Source: Fimbriimonadales bacterium
GTDB lineage: Bacteria > Armatimonadota > Fimbriimonadia > Fimbriimonadales > ATM1
Assembly: GCA_051003155.1 (NCBI GenBank)
Contig: JBPCLO010000031.1
Span: 1-64,000, forward strand
Length of the DNA: 64,000 nt
Direction of reading: 5' to 3'
Shown: positions 37,729 through 48,786 of the stretch, piece by piece
Numbering within the stretch: position 1 is the first letter of the stretch
Layout: every line of letters starts with the position of its first letter
The notes under the pieces: model-generated
What the model was told of the DNA's origin: nothing
The model's input: only the letters and a program-made list of their open reading frames with translations
The model's database searches: none
Made by a program: the position numbers and the translations under genes

Positions 37729-38735
37729 AGTTATGGGTGCTCGTCCCAATCGGGCTTGCGCTCATCCTAGTGATTACCCTCATCGTGTTCGGGCTGCCGG
37801 TAGGCGAATCGCTGCGGCTATTGTACGAGGGGGCTCTCGGCGACAAGTTCGGCGTGCACCGCACGATACTCAAGAGTGTTCCGTTAATCCTGGTTGGGTT
37901 AGGCATGATCGTCGCGTGGCGAGCCGGTATGTTCAATATTGGAGGCGAGGGTCAGCTGCTCGCAGGTGTGTCCGCGGGGGCCGCAGCAGCTCACATATTG
38001 GGAAGTGCGTCAGGTCCCGCAATCACTTGGATCATCCTCGCGGTTTGCATGGCGGCCGGCGGCCTGTACGCCGGGGTCGCAGCATGGCTCTACGTGGCGC
38101 GGGGGGTCAACGTCGTGATCAGCACGATCCTGCTGAACTTCCTTACGCTGCATCTCGTCAACTTCATCGTTCGCGGCCCGCTGCAGGAGCCGACCCACTC
38201 CATTCCGCAGACGGCGACGCTAACGACCGAGTCGATGTTCAACGTCATCGACCGTCAAACGGGCCTGCATGCTGGCATATTTATCGTGCCGGTGGCAGTC
38301 TTCCTGACCTGGCTTTGGATTCATCGATCCCCCAGTGGCTTTCGCCTTCGCCTTGTCGGCCAGAACGCGATGGCTGCACGAGCCGCGGGGATGCCTGCCC
38401 CGCGCCTACAGGCCACGGCTCTCATCTGGAGCGGCGTGTTCTGCGGCCTGGCCGGCGGCGTCCAGTACCTAGGCGCAAGCGGCTTCCTTTTCGACAGATT
38501 CTCGCCCGGCTGGGGCTTTCTTGCAATACCGGTCGCCCTGGTGGGCGGGCTCAATCCAATGGGGGTCGTTCTTTCCGGGTTCTATTTCGGCGCTCTCTTC
38601 GCCGGGTCAAAGAATTTGGAAGCCTTCGGAGCTGCCACCAGCTCATTAGTGTTTGTGATGCAGGGCGTGGCCGTTCTGGGGTTCGTGGTTCTTCAAGAAG
38701 TCTGTCGTAGGCGCGCGAGGGTGGCAACGCCATGA
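37725..38735 (+). CDS. ABC transporter permease (nucleoside type)
   Basis: AGMFNIGGEGQ, VISTILLNF, GFRLRLVGQN, GWGFLAIPVAL. Confidence 0.9.
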   Translation: MKLWVLVPIGLALILVITLIVFGLPVGESLRLLYEGALGDKFGVHRTILKSVPLILVGLGMIVAWRAGMFNIGGEGQLLAGVSAGAAAAHILGSASGPAITWIILAVCMAAGGLYAGVAAWLYVARGVNVVISTILLNFLTLHLVNFIVRGPLQEPTHSIPQTATLTTESMFNVIDRQTGLHAGIFIVPVAVFLTWLWIHRSPSGFRLRLVGQNAMAARAAGMPAPRLQATALIWSGVFCGLAGGVQYLGASGFLFDRFSPGWGFLAIPVALVGGLNPMGVVLSGFYFGALFAGSKNLEAFGAATSSLVFVMQGVAVLGFVVLQEVCRRRARVATP

Positions 38736-39613
38736 GCGTGGTACTGGGGCTCGTTGGCGCTACGTTGTCGTTGGGAACGCCGCTCGTGATCGCCGCCGCG
38801 GGTGAAACGGTCTCCGAACGCGCCGGCGTTCTCAATATCGGACTCGAAGGCGTCATGCTCTCGTCAGCGTTCGCCGGCTTCTACGTCAGCCACACCACCG
38901 GAAATCCCTGGTTGGGCGTTGGCGGCGGAGTAGCAGCCGCGATTCTGCTCACGGCAATTACGAGCTATCTGGTGCTTAGCATCGGGGCGGACCAAGTAGT
39001 CGTCGGCACGGGCGTCAATCTCTTTTCACTTGGCCTGACCGGCTCCTTGTTCGTGTCCCTCTTTGGTCAGACCGGCAAGCTCGCCGCGGTACCGACGGTG
39101 CCAAAAACGGCTGACGCTCTGTCTCTGAACCCGCTTATGCTCGTCGGCGTGCTTTGCGTTGCTTTCGCATGGTTCGTGCTCATGAGGACGCGCTGGGGCC
39201 TCGCAGCTCGCGCCGCCGGTGAGGCGCCATCAGCTGCCGAGGCAGCCGGATATTCGGTCATACGGCTTCGGTTTCAAGCGGTGATGTTTTCGGGGGTTAC
39301 CGCGGGCTTGGCGGGCGCCTATTTGAGTCTCGCGCAGACGAACTCTTTTGCCGAGAACATGACCGAAGGGCGCGGATTCGTTGTGATCGCCGCGGTCACA
39401 TTCGGACGTTGGACCTCGATCGGCTCGGCGCTGGCCTGCCTGCTCATTGCGTTCGCGTATGGGCTGAAATATCTGGTGATCTCAATATCCTTGGGCGTTC
39501 CGCCGCAGCTCTTCGACGCTCTGCCATACTTATTTGCGCTGGCGGTGCTCGCCGGAGCGGGACGCGGCGCAATCGCGCCCTCGGCTCTCGCAACGCCCTA
39601 CAGGCGGGGCTAA
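38732..39613 (+). CDS. ABC transporter permease (nucleoside type)
   Basis: SERAGVLNIGLEG, DQVVVGTGVN, GRGFVVIAAV.FGRW, LPY. Confidence 0.9.
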   Translation: MSVVLGLVGATLSLGTPLVIAAAGETVSERAGVLNIGLEGVMLSSAFAGFYVSHTTGNPWLGVGGGVAAAILLTAITSYLVLSIGADQVVVGTGVNLFSLGLTGSLFVSLFGQTGKLAAVPTVPKTADALSLNPLMLVGVLCVAFAWFVLMRTRWGLAARAAGEAPSAAEAAGYSVIRLRFQAVMFSGVTAGLAGAYLSLAQTNSFAENMTEGRGFVVIAAVTFGRWTSIGSALACLLIAFAYGLKYLVISISLGVPPQLFDALPYLFALAVLAGAGRGAIAPSALATPYRRG

Positions 39614-39616
39614 CAA

Positions 39617-40432
39617 ATGAAACTTACTCGGCGAGTCACATTTTCGAGCGGCCATCGGTATTGGCTAAGCGACCTTACCGAAGCCGAAAACCGGGCACTG
39701 TTCGGCCGCTGGGCATCGCCTCACAGCCACGGACACAACTACGCGTTGGAGGTGACCGTCGCGGGGCGCATTCAAGCCTCCCATGGCATGGTAATCAACA
39801 TCAAGGAGATCGACGCTCTCCTTCGTGAGCACGTCGTCTCCGTACTCGACCAAAAGAGCTTAAACGACGAGGTGCCGGCCTTCCGATCGGTGCCGCCGTC
39901 CACCGAGAACGTCGCCCTGTTCATACGAAGTGCCCTTAGCGACCTTCCGCCGGAGGCTACCTTCGTAAGCCTGCGACTCTATGAGATGCCTGGACTTTTC
40001 GTCGATGTGGGAAAATCACAAACCGTGAAACTGACAAGAGGATATGAGTTTTCCGCCTCGCACCGGCTGCACGCGCCGGCATTGTCCGAAGTCGAGAACG
40101 CAACTCTTTTCGGCAAGTGCAACAATCGCGCGGGGCATGGGCACAACTACGAGCTAGAAGTCACGGTTTCAGGGACGCCCGACCCGAGGACGGGTAGGGT
40201 TGCGGATATCGGGGAAATAGACCGAATCGTTCGGGCCGAGGTCGTCGACCGCTACGACCACAAGCACCTCAACTCCGACCTACCCGAATTCGAGGACCTT
40301 AACCCCACGTCTGAGCTTCTCACCAAGATAATTTGGGAAAGGCTCGTGAATAACCTACCGGCCAAACTCGACAAGGTGACGGTTCGCGAGACGGCGCGAA
40401 ATATCTTCGAGTATTCCGGTGAAGACGAATAA
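39617..40432 (+). CDS. Tandem-domain 6-pyruvoyl-tetrahydropterin synthase family protein (C-terminal domain PTPS-II type)
   Basis: Domain 1 FSSGHR...[11 protein letters not shown]...STEN; domain 2 FSASHRL...[11 protein letters not shown]...DHKHLN...PTSE...VRET. Confidence 0.9.
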   Translation: MKLTRRVTFSSGHRYWLSDLTEAENRALFGRWASPHSHGHNYALEVTVAGRIQASHGMVINIKEIDALLREHVVSVLDQKSLNDEVPAFRSVPPSTENVALFIRSALSDLPPEATFVSLRLYEMPGLFVDVGKSQTVKLTRGYEFSASHRLHAPALSEVENATLFGKCNNRAGHGHNYELEVTVSGTPDPRTGRVADIGEIDRIVRAEVVDRYDHKHLNSDLPEFEDLNPTSELLTKIIWERLVNNLPAKLDKVTVRETARNIFEYSGEDE

Positions 40433-40436
40433 CTAT

Positions 40437-40991
40437 ATGGAAGAGAATTACGAAGCTATTTTACGATCGATAGGCGAAGACCCTTCCCGTGAGGGCCTGC
40501 GGAAAACTCCAAAACGCGCGGCTGAGGCCATGCGATACCTGACACAGGGATATGGAATGGCGCTGGAGACAATTGTTAATGGCGCGATTTTCGAAGAGGA
40601 CGTCGACGATATCGTGGTAATCCGAAATATCGAATTCTTCAGCATGTGCGAGCACCATCTTTTACCGTTTTTTGGCTTTGCTCATGTCGCTTATTTGCCG
40701 AAAGGAAAAATAATCGGAATTAGCAAGATTGCACGAATCGTCGATATGTTTGCGCAAAGACTGCAGGTGCAGGAACGTTTGACGCAACAAGTTGCGCTCG
40801 CTGTCGAAGTGGCTCTCAAGCCTGCCGGAGTTGCGTGTGTTTTCGAGGCAAAGCATCTTTGCATGATGGCTCGCGGGGTGAGAAAGCAAGATTCAAACGT
40901 CTCGACGAGCCACGTGACAGGCGTCTTTCGCGATTGCCCGATGAGCCGCAAAGAATTTTATGACCTTATCAAAGAGCGGCACTACGCATAA
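40437..40991 (+). CDS. folE: GTP cyclohydrolase I
   Basis: [46 protein letters not shown]. Confidence 0.96.
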   Translation: MEENYEAILRSIGEDPSREGLRKTPKRAAEAMRYLTQGYGMALETIVNGAIFEEDVDDIVVIRNIEFFSMCEHHLLPFFGFAHVAYLPKGKIIGISKIARIVDMFAQRLQVQERLTQQVALAVEVALKPAGVACVFEAKHLCMMARGVRKQDSNVSTSHVTGVFRDCPMSRKEFYDLIKERHYA

Positions 40992-41689
40992 TGGTTTGTG
41001 TCGTTACCGGAGCGAGCAGCGGCATTGGAAGGGCCGCTGCAAGCTCGCTAGCACAGCGCGGTGTATGCCTCGTTCTTTCGGGACGCGACGCGGGCCGTTT
41101 GGAAGACGCGCGGAAAATCTGCACGGGTGTCCAAACGGTCGCTTTGGCTGGTGACGTCACGTCTCCTAGGCACACGGAGCGCCTCTTCGAGATCGCCGCT
41201 GAACTTCGCCCGAGCGACAAGCTTGCCGCGGTCTTCGCCGCTGGCGTCGCGCACAGTGGAGACACGCTCCAACTGCCCGAAGAAATCTGGCACGAATCGA
41301 TCGCGGCGAACTTGACGGGGCTGTTTCTTTGCTGCCGATCGGCCATCTCTTCGATGCTCGTGCGTGGCGGCGGTCGCGTCGTGAACGTGTTGAGCATTGC
41401 CTCGAAAACCGCGTTCCCACAGTCCGCGGCATATGTTGCGTCGAAGCAGGGTGCGCTAGGGCTAACCCGTTCACTCGCGGCCGAGTTTCGGGCAAGGAAC
41501 ATCCAACTGACCGCGTTCATGCCCGGAAGCACCGACACTGAACTCTGGGAGGGCAAAGTCTGGTCGCCTCCGAAAGGCGATATGCTATCGGCCGCCGACG
41601 TCGGCGACGCGATCGCCGAGGTGGTCGTTTCGGAAAGAAAGGGATACATGGACGAAGTCCTTTACTTGCCTCCGAAGGGGATTCTTTAG
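40991..41689 (+). CDS. SDR oxidoreductase, candidate bacterial sepiapterin reductase
   Basis: TGASSGIG, catalytic S and YVASK, PGSTDTELW, C-terminal EVLYLPPKGIL; 1-nt overlap with the folE stop. Confidence 0.85.
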   Translation: MVCVVTGASSGIGRAAASSLAQRGVCLVLSGRDAGRLEDARKICTGVQTVALAGDVTSPRHTERLFEIAAELRPSDKLAAVFAAGVAHSGDTLQLPEEIWHESIAANLTGLFLCCRSAISSMLVRGGGRVVNVLSIASKTAFPQSAAYVASKQGALGLTRSLAAEFRARNIQLTAFMPGSTDTELWEGKVWSPPKGDMLSAADVGDAIAEVVVSERKGYMDEVLYLPPKGIL

Positions 41690-41692
41690 CAG

Positions 41693-42682
41693 ATGTCGAA
41701 CACCAAGCCCGTGCGAATGGTGGGAGTTGTTGGAACGGGTGGTATGGGCCGAGTCCACGCCCGCCAATACGCAAAAATGCCCGGCGTCGAGCTCATCGCC
41801 TTCGATGCAGTCCCCGAGCGAGCCGTAGCATACGCAAACGACACGGGAGCGACGATTGCAAAGACGTTCGACGATCTCTTGCGAAATTCCGACGTCGTCG
41901 ACGTATGCCTCCCGACCCATCTTCATCTGGAGTTCGCCTCGAAGGCCCTGCGAGCCGGAAAGCCCACCATCTGCGAAAAACCGATGTGCCGCAAGGTGCG
42001 TGAGTGCGCACAGCTCGTCGAGGAAGCCGAAAAAGCCGACGTTCCGTTCATGCCGGCGCAAGTCGTCCGATTCTTTCCTGAGTTTCGGAAAGCCCATCAG
42101 CTCGTTATTGACGGAGCCGTCGGTACCCCCGGAGCCATTCGCACTCGCCGGTGCGGCCGGCATCCCAAAGGGACAGACCTTTGGTTTGGAAACATCGAGC
42201 TATCGGGTGGGGTCCTGATGGACCTTGCCGTCCACGACTTCGATTGGATTCGCTGGACCTTCGGCGAGGTTCGACACTTGTTTTCACAAGCGCTGACTTT
42301 TACCGGTTTGATCGGTCTGGATTATTCCCTGACCACGTTGACCCTCGAATCGGGCGCGCTCGCTCATGTGGAGGGTAACTGGGCCGAGCCGACAGGTTTT
42401 CGAGTGGGCTTCGAAATCTCAGGAACCGAAGGCTTCATCGAGTACGACAACCACCAGACGGTGGCCCTTCGGACCTCTACAGAAACGGGCTCGGTACCCG
42501 AGAGCCCGATGCTGCCAGTCGACGACCCGTATTATCTGCAGTTAAGGGGCTTCCTCGACGCGGTCGAAAACAATCAGCCGCCCCCTGTATCAGCAATCGA
42601 CGGCCTGAGAGCCGTCGCGATATGCGAAGCGGCCATCGAAAGCGCGAAAACAGGGCGCGTAATCAAGCCCGCCGCCGGATAA
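41693..42682 (+). CDS. Gfo/Idh/MocA family oxidoreductase
   Basis: VGTGGMG, CLPTHLH, ICEKPM, GGVLMDLAVHDFD. Confidence 0.92.
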   Translation: MSNTKPVRMVGVVGTGGMGRVHARQYAKMPGVELIAFDAVPERAVAYANDTGATIAKTFDDLLRNSDVVDVCLPTHLHLEFASKALRAGKPTICEKPMCRKVRECAQLVEEAEKADVPFMPAQVVRFFPEFRKAHQLVIDGAVGTPGAIRTRRCGRHPKGTDLWFGNIELSGGVLMDLAVHDFDWIRWTFGEVRHLFSQALTFTGLIGLDYSLTTLTLESGALAHVEGNWAEPTGFRVGFEISGTEGFIEYDNHQTVALRTSTETGSVPESPMLPVDDPYYLQLRGFLDAVENNQPPPVSAIDGLRAVAICEAAIESAKTGRVIKPAAG

Positions 42683-42721
42683 CGCGTGAACCTAAGAACT
42701 GCTTCCGGGAGTCTGATAGAC

Positions 42722-45055
42722 GTGCGATTCTTACTCAGCGCGCTTTTCGCGGTCGCGTCGCTCGCCTCGATAGCTTCTTCAGAATCCCGGACACGGTGGA
42801 CCGTAACGGCCAGCCGGGTGCTCGAATGGGACGGCAAGCCGTATATCCCGGTCGGGTGGAGGCTCACGTCCGACCAGTTGGATCAAGCGAAGGCGACGGG
42901 TGTGAAGGACGTTATCATCGATTTGGAGCTCGATTCCGACTGGCGGCCGGCGGTTGCGAAAGCCGAGGGCGCGCATATGCGCTACTTACTTAGCCTTTCC
43001 ACCGATGCCCCGGGCAGTCCAGCGTTTATCGTCCGCCCCGAGGCGTATCGCATCGACAGCGTTAAGCGGGATTCCGAGCACACCATTCCTGTTCCGAACG
43101 GACGGAGCGTCTTTTACCTCCTCCTCACAACGCCAGACTATTCGATCGCGTCCAAGGGCTGGTCCGACGTTATCGACGGCCAGGCCAAGATCACCGTCAG
43201 CTCTTCGACGGGCACCGCCTTTGTCCTCCTTCTCTATCCGAGGGTCACCGCGAGCCGCCTCACAGACTATTGGGAACGCTTCGACCTGAGACGTGACGCC
43301 GTTCTCGCCAAACTCATCGGCGCGAAGGTGGGTGGCGGAATTCGAGGTGTAGTCAATCCGCTAGGCAAGGTGGACTTGTGGACTTCTCAAGGCGGCGGTT
43401 ACGTCCCCGATTCCCCTGCGTTCCGAATGGAATTCGAAAGCTATCTGCGAGCCAAGTACAAAGATGTTGCTAGCCTGGAGAGGTCTTGGAAACTGCTTCG
43501 GCCAAACCTCAAGGACTTTCGAGGCGCCGCCCGGTTCGTACCTTTATTTGGTACGAGCCGCGGCGTAGACAGCTTTTACGACCCGCAAGAGAACGTGCTC
43601 GCAATGGCATCACGCCACGAGAATCCTTATTGGAAAGATATTCAGGCTGTGATCGATAACGCCGCGGCGCGGCGAACCGAACGCCTGGGCCGATCCATAA
43701 GCGAGATCGTCGATGCGCCCGTCGTCTACGAGTGGAACGGTTGGTCGCCGATTTACGATACGCGCCAGCCGAGCGGCAACGGCATCGGTATGACCGCCGT
43801 CGGCGCCGGCCTTGAAGCCATCGAGAACTACGCTGCCAAGGCCGCTAGCTCTGCGCTGGCGTGGAAAGGCCCGCGCTGGCTGCTTGTGACCGAGATGAGC
43901 CCTGGCTCGTCGCCTTACACTGAGGAGCGTTTGCGAACCGTAGTCAGCGATACTGCCGATCTTGGCGCAAAAGGCTGGTTCATCCGTTGGTCTGGTGGAT
44001 CGGAGGCGCCCTGGATGATGGCGATGGCCGCGGAAGCGGCGGCGAGTGACATCGCAACGCGCTCGCCCGTAGCAATGTTCTATCCCGAGAACGCTCGCTT
44101 TCCCGCCACTACGATGAAGCTGCCGGGCGGCGTATGGTGGCTTCCGACCCCCGCTGGAGGGAATCGACTGGAGGTTGGCCCGGACTATGAGGCTTACCGA
44201 CACGACGCGCCTTATGGCGATTTCATGTCCATCTGGCGGCGAGGCGACCCGAGGACGGTCAAACTGCGCTTTAGCGACAATGCCAACGTCGTGGTCAAAC
44301 GCCACGACGGCCAACCATTGGAAACCAAGCTCGTGAAGGGCGGCATCGAACTGACTCTCGACAACCTGCCGGTGATCATCGAAGGAACCGACGACATCCC
44401 CGTGCCGCAAGATTCCGCAGACACTACGCGCGCCGATTTCAAGGCGCTCATCGAAGAGGGCCGGCGGCAAGGACTTCAAGTCGGCAACACGCAGTTCATG
44501 TTCGATGACGCCTATCGATCGTTCGAGCGCAATCCAGGTGCCGCATACCTAAAAATGGTGGAAGCGCAGCGCGAGCTGGAGGCGAAACTCGCGCCGTTCC
44601 TGTGGGTCGAGGGCGAATCCTCTTCGCAGGCTAATTTCAGCGAAGTCGTTCATGACTCCACGGCCTCCGCCGAGAGGGCGCTGTCGCTCGACACTCCCCT
44701 GGCACCCGGCCCCGATGGCTACTTCGCCAAATACAAGTTTCGAGTGCGCCACGACCAGATCGTTATGGACATTTGGATCGCCGCGGATGTACCACCGGCC
44801 GGCCGGCCATACGTCGCCGTTGACGTTAATGGCACGGCGTTGACGTTTCCCATGGACGCCCAATCGGGATACGGTCGCGGGTTCGGTTGGTACAACCTCG
44901 GCAAAATGAGCCTTCGTGATGGCGAGTACACGCTTACTATCCGGATATTGCAGTCCTCGCCGGAGTTCAAAGTGAGCGTGGATGCATTGCTCATGACCCC
45001 GCTGGCATTTCGGCCGGCGGGGCCGCGAATTCCTAGGTACGTGCCCGGCTTCTAG
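42722..45055 (+). CDS. Large secreted hypothetical protein, possibly carbohydrate-active
   Basis: Signal peptide [49 protein letters not shown] resembles a GH42-type segment; C-terminal beta-sandwich (WVEGES...[16 protein letters not shown]). Confidence 0.75.
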   Translation: MRFLLSALFAVASLASIASSESRTRWTVTASRVLEWDGKPYIPVGWRLTSDQLDQAKATGVKDVIIDLELDSDWRPAVAKAEGAHMRYLLSLSTDAPGSPAFIVRPEAYRIDSVKRDSEHTIPVPNGRSVFYLLLTTPDYSIASKGWSDVIDGQAKITVSSSTGTAFVLLLYPRVTASRLTDYWERFDLRRDAVLAKLIGAKVGGGIRGVVNPLGKVDLWTSQGGGYVPDSPAFRMEFESYLRAKYKDVASLERSWKLLRPNLKDFRGAARFVPLFGTSRGVDSFYDPQENVLAMASRHENPYWKDIQAVIDNAAARRTERLGRSISEIVDAPVVYEWNGWSPIYDTRQPSGNGIGMTAVGAGLEAIENYAAKAASSALAWKGPRWLLVTEMSPGSSPYTEERLRTVVSDTADLGAKGWFIRWSGGSEAPWMMAMAAEAAASDIATRSPVAMFYPENARFPATTMKLPGGVWWLPTPAGGNRLEVGPDYEAYRHDAPYGDFMSIWRRGDPRTVKLRFSDNANVVVKRHDGQPLETKLVKGGIELTLDNLPVIIEGTDDIPVPQDSADTTRADFKALIEEGRRQGLQVGNTQFMFDDAYRSFERNPGAAYLKMVEAQRELEAKLAPFLWVEGESSSQANFSEVVHDSTASAERALSLDTPLAPGPDGYFAKYKFRVRHDQIVMDIWIAADVPPAGRPYVAVDVNGTALTFPMDAQSGYGRGFGWYNLGKMSLRDGEYTLTIRILQSSPEFKVSVDALLMTPLAFRPAGPRIPRYVPGF

Positions 45056-46398
45056 GGATCCTGGTTGCGCTTATACTCGCGAATGAAGGCTGGAATATCG
45101 AGGTCCGCCTCATTCGCGGGAGCTTCGACCGCCACAGGCTCGGAATGCTTTTCGGTGACTGCGACAGGCTGAGGCTCCGGTTCCGGTTCGGGATCGGCTT
45201 GCCTTGGCGGAACCGGTCGAGGCGTTCCGGTCGCGGCCCCTGCTCCGGGAGGCAACGTCGTAGTGCTGAATATCGACTGCCGGTCCTCGGCCACAGGAAC
45301 AGGTTCCGGGGTCGGTTCGATTCGCGGCTGATGCGGAATCCGCTTCTGTACGAAAGGAACGCCCGCATCAGTACGGCGTGCCTCCACCGGTTTAGACGCC
45401 GGAACCACTCCCGTGGTCTCTTCGGCAACCTTCTTGCCGAGGTCGGTCGCCATGTTGAAGCCCGATGCGAGGACGGTGATTCGGACCTCGCCTTCGAGGC
45501 GTTCGTCCATGACGGTCCCAAATATGATGTTCGCATCGTCGTGGGCCGCGAGGCCCTGGATATACGACATCGCCTCGTTGGCTTCCGCCAGCGTGATGTC
45601 GCCGGAAGCGGTGATATTTACCAGAAGCCGGGTTGCTCCTTCAATGCTCGTTTCCAGGAGCGGATTTGAAACGGCACTCTGGGCCGCCTGTTGCGCTCGG
45701 TGCTCGCCCGTGCCGTAACCAATACCCATAAGGGCAGGGCCGGCTCCGGACATGATCGAGCGGACGTCGGCAAAATCGACGTTGATCTGACCCGGGATCG
45801 TGATGATGTCCGAGATCGCTTGGACGCCCTGGCGAAGAACGTCGTCCGCCACGCGGAAGGCCTCCATCAGCGTCGTGCGCTTTTCGACAACCGGTAGGAG
45901 CCGGTCGTTGGGAATCGAGATAATCGTGTCGACTATTTCGCTGAGCCGTGCCATGCCCTCGTCGGCCAATCGGCAACGCCTCGGACCCTCCCAGGCAAAT
46001 GGCTTCGTGACCACACCGATGGTTAGGGCGCCCACGTCCTTGGCCAACTCGGCGATGATCGGCGCCGCGCCGGTCCCGGTTCCGCCACCCATTCCGGCAG
46101 TCACGAAAACCATGTCGGCCCCGCTCAAATATTCTCTGATGGCATTGCGGCTTTCTTCGGCAGCGTTTCGGCCGACCTCAGGGTTGCCCCCCGCTCCCAG
46201 ACCACGGGTTACGTTGGTACCCAGCTGCAACTTGTTCGTGGCCCTGGAAAGCTCCAGAACCTGGATGTCCGAGTTCATGGCGATGAAATCGACTCCTTGA
46301 ATCCCTGCTTCGATCATCCGGTTGACGGCGTTCGAGCCACCCCCTCCGACCCCGATGACCTTGATAATTGCGTTCAATGGCGCTCCGCTGTTTGTCAC
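45052..46398 (-). CDS. ftsZ: Cell division protein FtsZ
   Basis: [30 protein letters not shown]-terminal LDIPAFIR after a Pro-rich linker. Confidence 0.97.
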   Translation of the reverse strand: MTNSGAPLNAIIKVIGVGGGGSNAVNRMIEAGIQGVDFIAMNSDIQVLELSRATNKLQLGTNVTRGLGAGGNPEVGRNAAEESRNAIREYLSGADMVFVTAGMGGGTGTGAAPIIAELAKDVGALTIGVVTKPFAWEGPRRCRLADEGMARLSEIVDTIISIPNDRLLPVVEKRTTLMEAFRVADDVLRQGVQAISDIITIPGQINVDFADVRSIMSGAGPALMGIGYGTGEHRAQQAAQSAVSNPLLETSIEGATRLLVNITASGDITLAEANEAMSYIQGLAAHDDANIIFGTVMDERLEGEVRITVLASGFNMATDLGKKVAEETTGVVPASKPVEARRTDAGVPFVQKRIPHQPRIEPTPEPVPVAEDRQSIFSTTTLPPGAGAATGTPRPVPPRQADPEPEPEPQPVAVTEKHSEPVAVEAPANEADLDIPAFIREYKRNQDP

Positions 46399-46414
46399 TT
46401 CATAATGCTCCTGT

Positions 46415-47650
46415 TTAGATTTCTTCCTCTATCGGCTTGGATGCGAAGATAGAACCGATACTGCGGACTAGCTTCCGCCAATCGCCTGCTTCCGCGGCGA
46501 CCGACTCGTCCTGCTGCGTTTTCAATCCAAATTTGATAAGTCCGACCCCGGTGGCGAACTCTGGACCGGCCAGCATATCACCCATGCCGACGAAGGGCTT
46601 GGGTGCTGCCGTTCGAACCTTGATTCCAGCTGCCTTCTCCACGAACTCGGCAAGGCCCGCGAGTTTGCTTCCACCACCAGTTACGACCCAGCCGGCGCCC
46701 AATTTCTTCGGGTCGACCGCCGAGTCGATCTCCTCGCTCGCCATGCGGAAGATTTCCCTGACCCTGGATCCGATGATCTCGGCAAGCACACGCTTTGAGA
46801 ATGGCCGCGCTCGCGAATTGCCGATTTGCTCCACCTCGACGACGTCGTCTTCAGCAAAGCCCTCGGGAGAACATGCTCCTGCGTCGAGCTTGATCCGCTC
46901 CGCCTCATCCGTGGTCGTTTTCAGTAGGTATTGAATGTCCGACGTAATGTGCTGCGACCCAACCGAGAGCATGGCAAGGTGCATCGGACTTCCGTCGATG
47001 TATACAGCGACGTCGGTGGTACCGCCACCGATGTCCAGCACAGCCACGCCCTGCTCTCGCTCCGCTGAGTCAGTGACCGCCAGGCCCGTAGCGAGGGCGC
47101 GAGGAATCATCTGCTCCACTTCGATCTGCGCGCGGCTCACGCAACGTTGCAGGTTCTCGAGCTGCGAGCTGAGGCCGGTGATGAGCAGTGTGTTCACTTC
47201 GAGCCGCTCGCCGGTCATCTCGAATGGTTTAGTAATTCCGTCCCGGCCATCGATCTTGAAAGACCGCGGCACCGACAAGATCAACTCGCGGTCGCCTTGG
47301 ATTGCGATCTGCTTGCTGTGGTTGATGACCCTGTGGACGTCCTCCCGCGTGATAGCTCGCGATGGGTTGAGAATCGGCACCAGGCCCCGGCTTGGCTGGC
47401 TGTGCAGGTGCTCGCCGGCGACGGACACCGTCGCGCTCCCAAGCTTCCGATTCGCCATATGTTCGGCCTTTCGCACGGAGCTAACCACGGCTTGAGCGGT
47501 ATCCTCTATATCCACAACGACGCCCTTCTTGGTGCCGCCGCAGGGCGCAACTCCTACACCGACCACGCGCGGCGATCCCGGGTGTTCGAGATCGGCGATG
47601 ACCGTAACGACTTTGGTGCTGCCGATATCTACGGCCGCAATTGAGCTCAT
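46415..47650 (-). CDS. ftsA: Cell division protein FtsA
   Basis: [30 protein letters not shown]. Confidence 0.95.
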   Translation of the reverse strand: MSSIAAVDIGSTKVVTVIADLEHPGSPRVVGVGVAPCGGTKKGVVVDIEDTAQAVVSSVRKAEHMANRKLGSATVSVAGEHLHSQPSRGLVPILNPSRAITREDVHRVINHSKQIAIQGDRELILSVPRSFKIDGRDGITKPFEMTGERLEVNTLLITGLSSQLENLQRCVSRAQIEVEQMIPRALATGLAVTDSAEREQGVAVLDIGGGTTDVAVYIDGSPMHLAMLSVGSQHITSDIQYLLKTTTDEAERIKLDAGACSPEGFAEDDVVEVEQIGNSRARPFSKRVLAEIIGSRVREIFRMASEEIDSAVDPKKLGAGWVVTGGGSKLAGLAEFVEKAAGIKVRTAAPKPFVGMGDMLAGPEFATGVGLIKFGLKTQQDESVAAEAGDWRKLVRSIGSIFASKPIEEEI

Positions 47651-48024
47651 GATTGATTCGCCTCCATAGTTCTCCGGTCGCGCGCATCAGCCATCCGAGT
47701 GAGGTAGTGTCGCCGGATTATCGATAAATTCAAGAACAGCCTTCCTCCCAATGTGACGACTGCCGCAAGATACATCTCGACCCCGATCTTGGTGCCTAAA
47801 TACACCAGCCCGAGGGCGAGCAAAATGTTGAACACGAACCCCGTTAGGAACAGTTCGTTTCGGAACCTAGTTTCAAGGGCCGCTCGGATGCCACCGAAGA
47901 GCGTGTCCAGCCCGGTCAGGGACGCGACCCCGATATATTCACGCGGGAGGGGCGTCGAAGGATTGACAGCGAAATACGCCAATAGACAGCCGATGACCAG
48001 GGCCAAAAGAGGGACTGCGATCAA
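47647..48024 (-). CDS. Small basic protein (DUF1290/Sbp)
   Basis: TTG start overlapping the DUF881 stop; LDTLFGGIRA...F.TGF..N.LLA...LY(L)AAVV..G.RLFLNLSIIRRH. Confidence 0.85.
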   Translation of the reverse strand: MIAVPLLALVIGCLLAYFAVNPSTPLPREYIGVASLTGLDTLFGGIRAALETRFRNELFLTGFVFNILLALGLVYLGTKIGVEMYLAAVVTLGGRLFLNLSIIRRHYLTRMADARDRRTMEANQS

Positions 48025-48776
48025 TTCTTCCCTCCGGCGGACTTCTGAGATACCGACTTCGCGTACTCCGATTCCGTGGAACCGGTATACGCTGGGATGA
48101 CGAGCTTGTCTTTCTTGGCAATCTCGACCATGGCCGGATCGGCCTGCTTGATGTTGTCCAGAAACCGGCCCTGCATGGCCATTGCCCCGTACAACGTGTC
48201 GGCGTTGCCGATAGCCGAAATTTTCACCGGGGACGCGATAGGTACGCGGCCGACATAGATAACCGGCCCTTCGCATCTGAAACTCGTGCTCCTGGCAAGC
48301 CGTTGGCCATTGACAGAAATGGCCTCCGCTCCGCTCATCCAAAGGTCGTTGACCACCGTTAGAACGTCGCGGTCGTGAATATTGTACTCGTTGATGATGC
48401 TGATGTCCGGGCTCTTCTTATTGCTATCCCGAAGGATAATCTCGATTCCTGGGCCGGTCACCTCCGTCAGGCCCGCAAACAGCTTTACTTCCTGCAGGCT
48501 GTCGTTGAGGTTGGCGGACTGGCGCGACCGGTCGGCCATTGCGTCCTGCAGATCGGTCACCTGCTGGCGCAGGTTCTTGATCTCGTCGTCGCGTTCGTCG
48601 ATCGCGTCTCCTGGGGGAGTTGGCGATGTCGACACTGGCCGCTGGCCATAGAAGAACTCAGTCGACCTGCCGGTCGAGCTTCTTATGGCGGACGTCAACA
48701 GGAAGCCCAACAGCAGAGCCACTATTGTGACCGGCCCAATCCAGCTAGGCGCCTTCGACAGCGAGTATTTGCTCAT
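48021..48776 (-). CDS. DUF881 domain protein
   Basis: AGLTEVTGPGIEIILRD, IHDRDVL.VVNDLW.SGAEAISVNGQR, AIGN, IPAY. Confidence 0.9.
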   Translation of the reverse strand: MSKYSLSKAPSWIGPVTIVALLLGFLLTSAIRSSTGRSTEFFYGQRPVSTSPTPPGDAIDERDDEIKNLRQQVTDLQDAMADRSRQSANLNDSLQEVKLFAGLTEVTGPGIEIILRDSNKKSPDISIINEYNIHDRDVLTVVNDLWMSGAEAISVNGQRLARSTSFRCEGPVIYVGRVPIASPVKISAIGNADTLYGAMAMQGRFLDNIKQADPAMVEIAKKDKLVIPAYTGSTESEYAKSVSQKSAGGKN

Positions 48777-48786
48777 CTAACAGAAC

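Noticed and set aside
37733..38710. Long alternative-frame ORFs (also 26118-27260, 56920-57747, 59268-60218)
   Set aside because: Frame or antisense shadows of well-supported genes, expected in GC-rich DNA
39617..40432. Annotation as queuosine enzyme QueD
   Set aside because: The motif is CX5HGH, not CX3HGH, and the neighbours are folE and an SDR, not queC/queE
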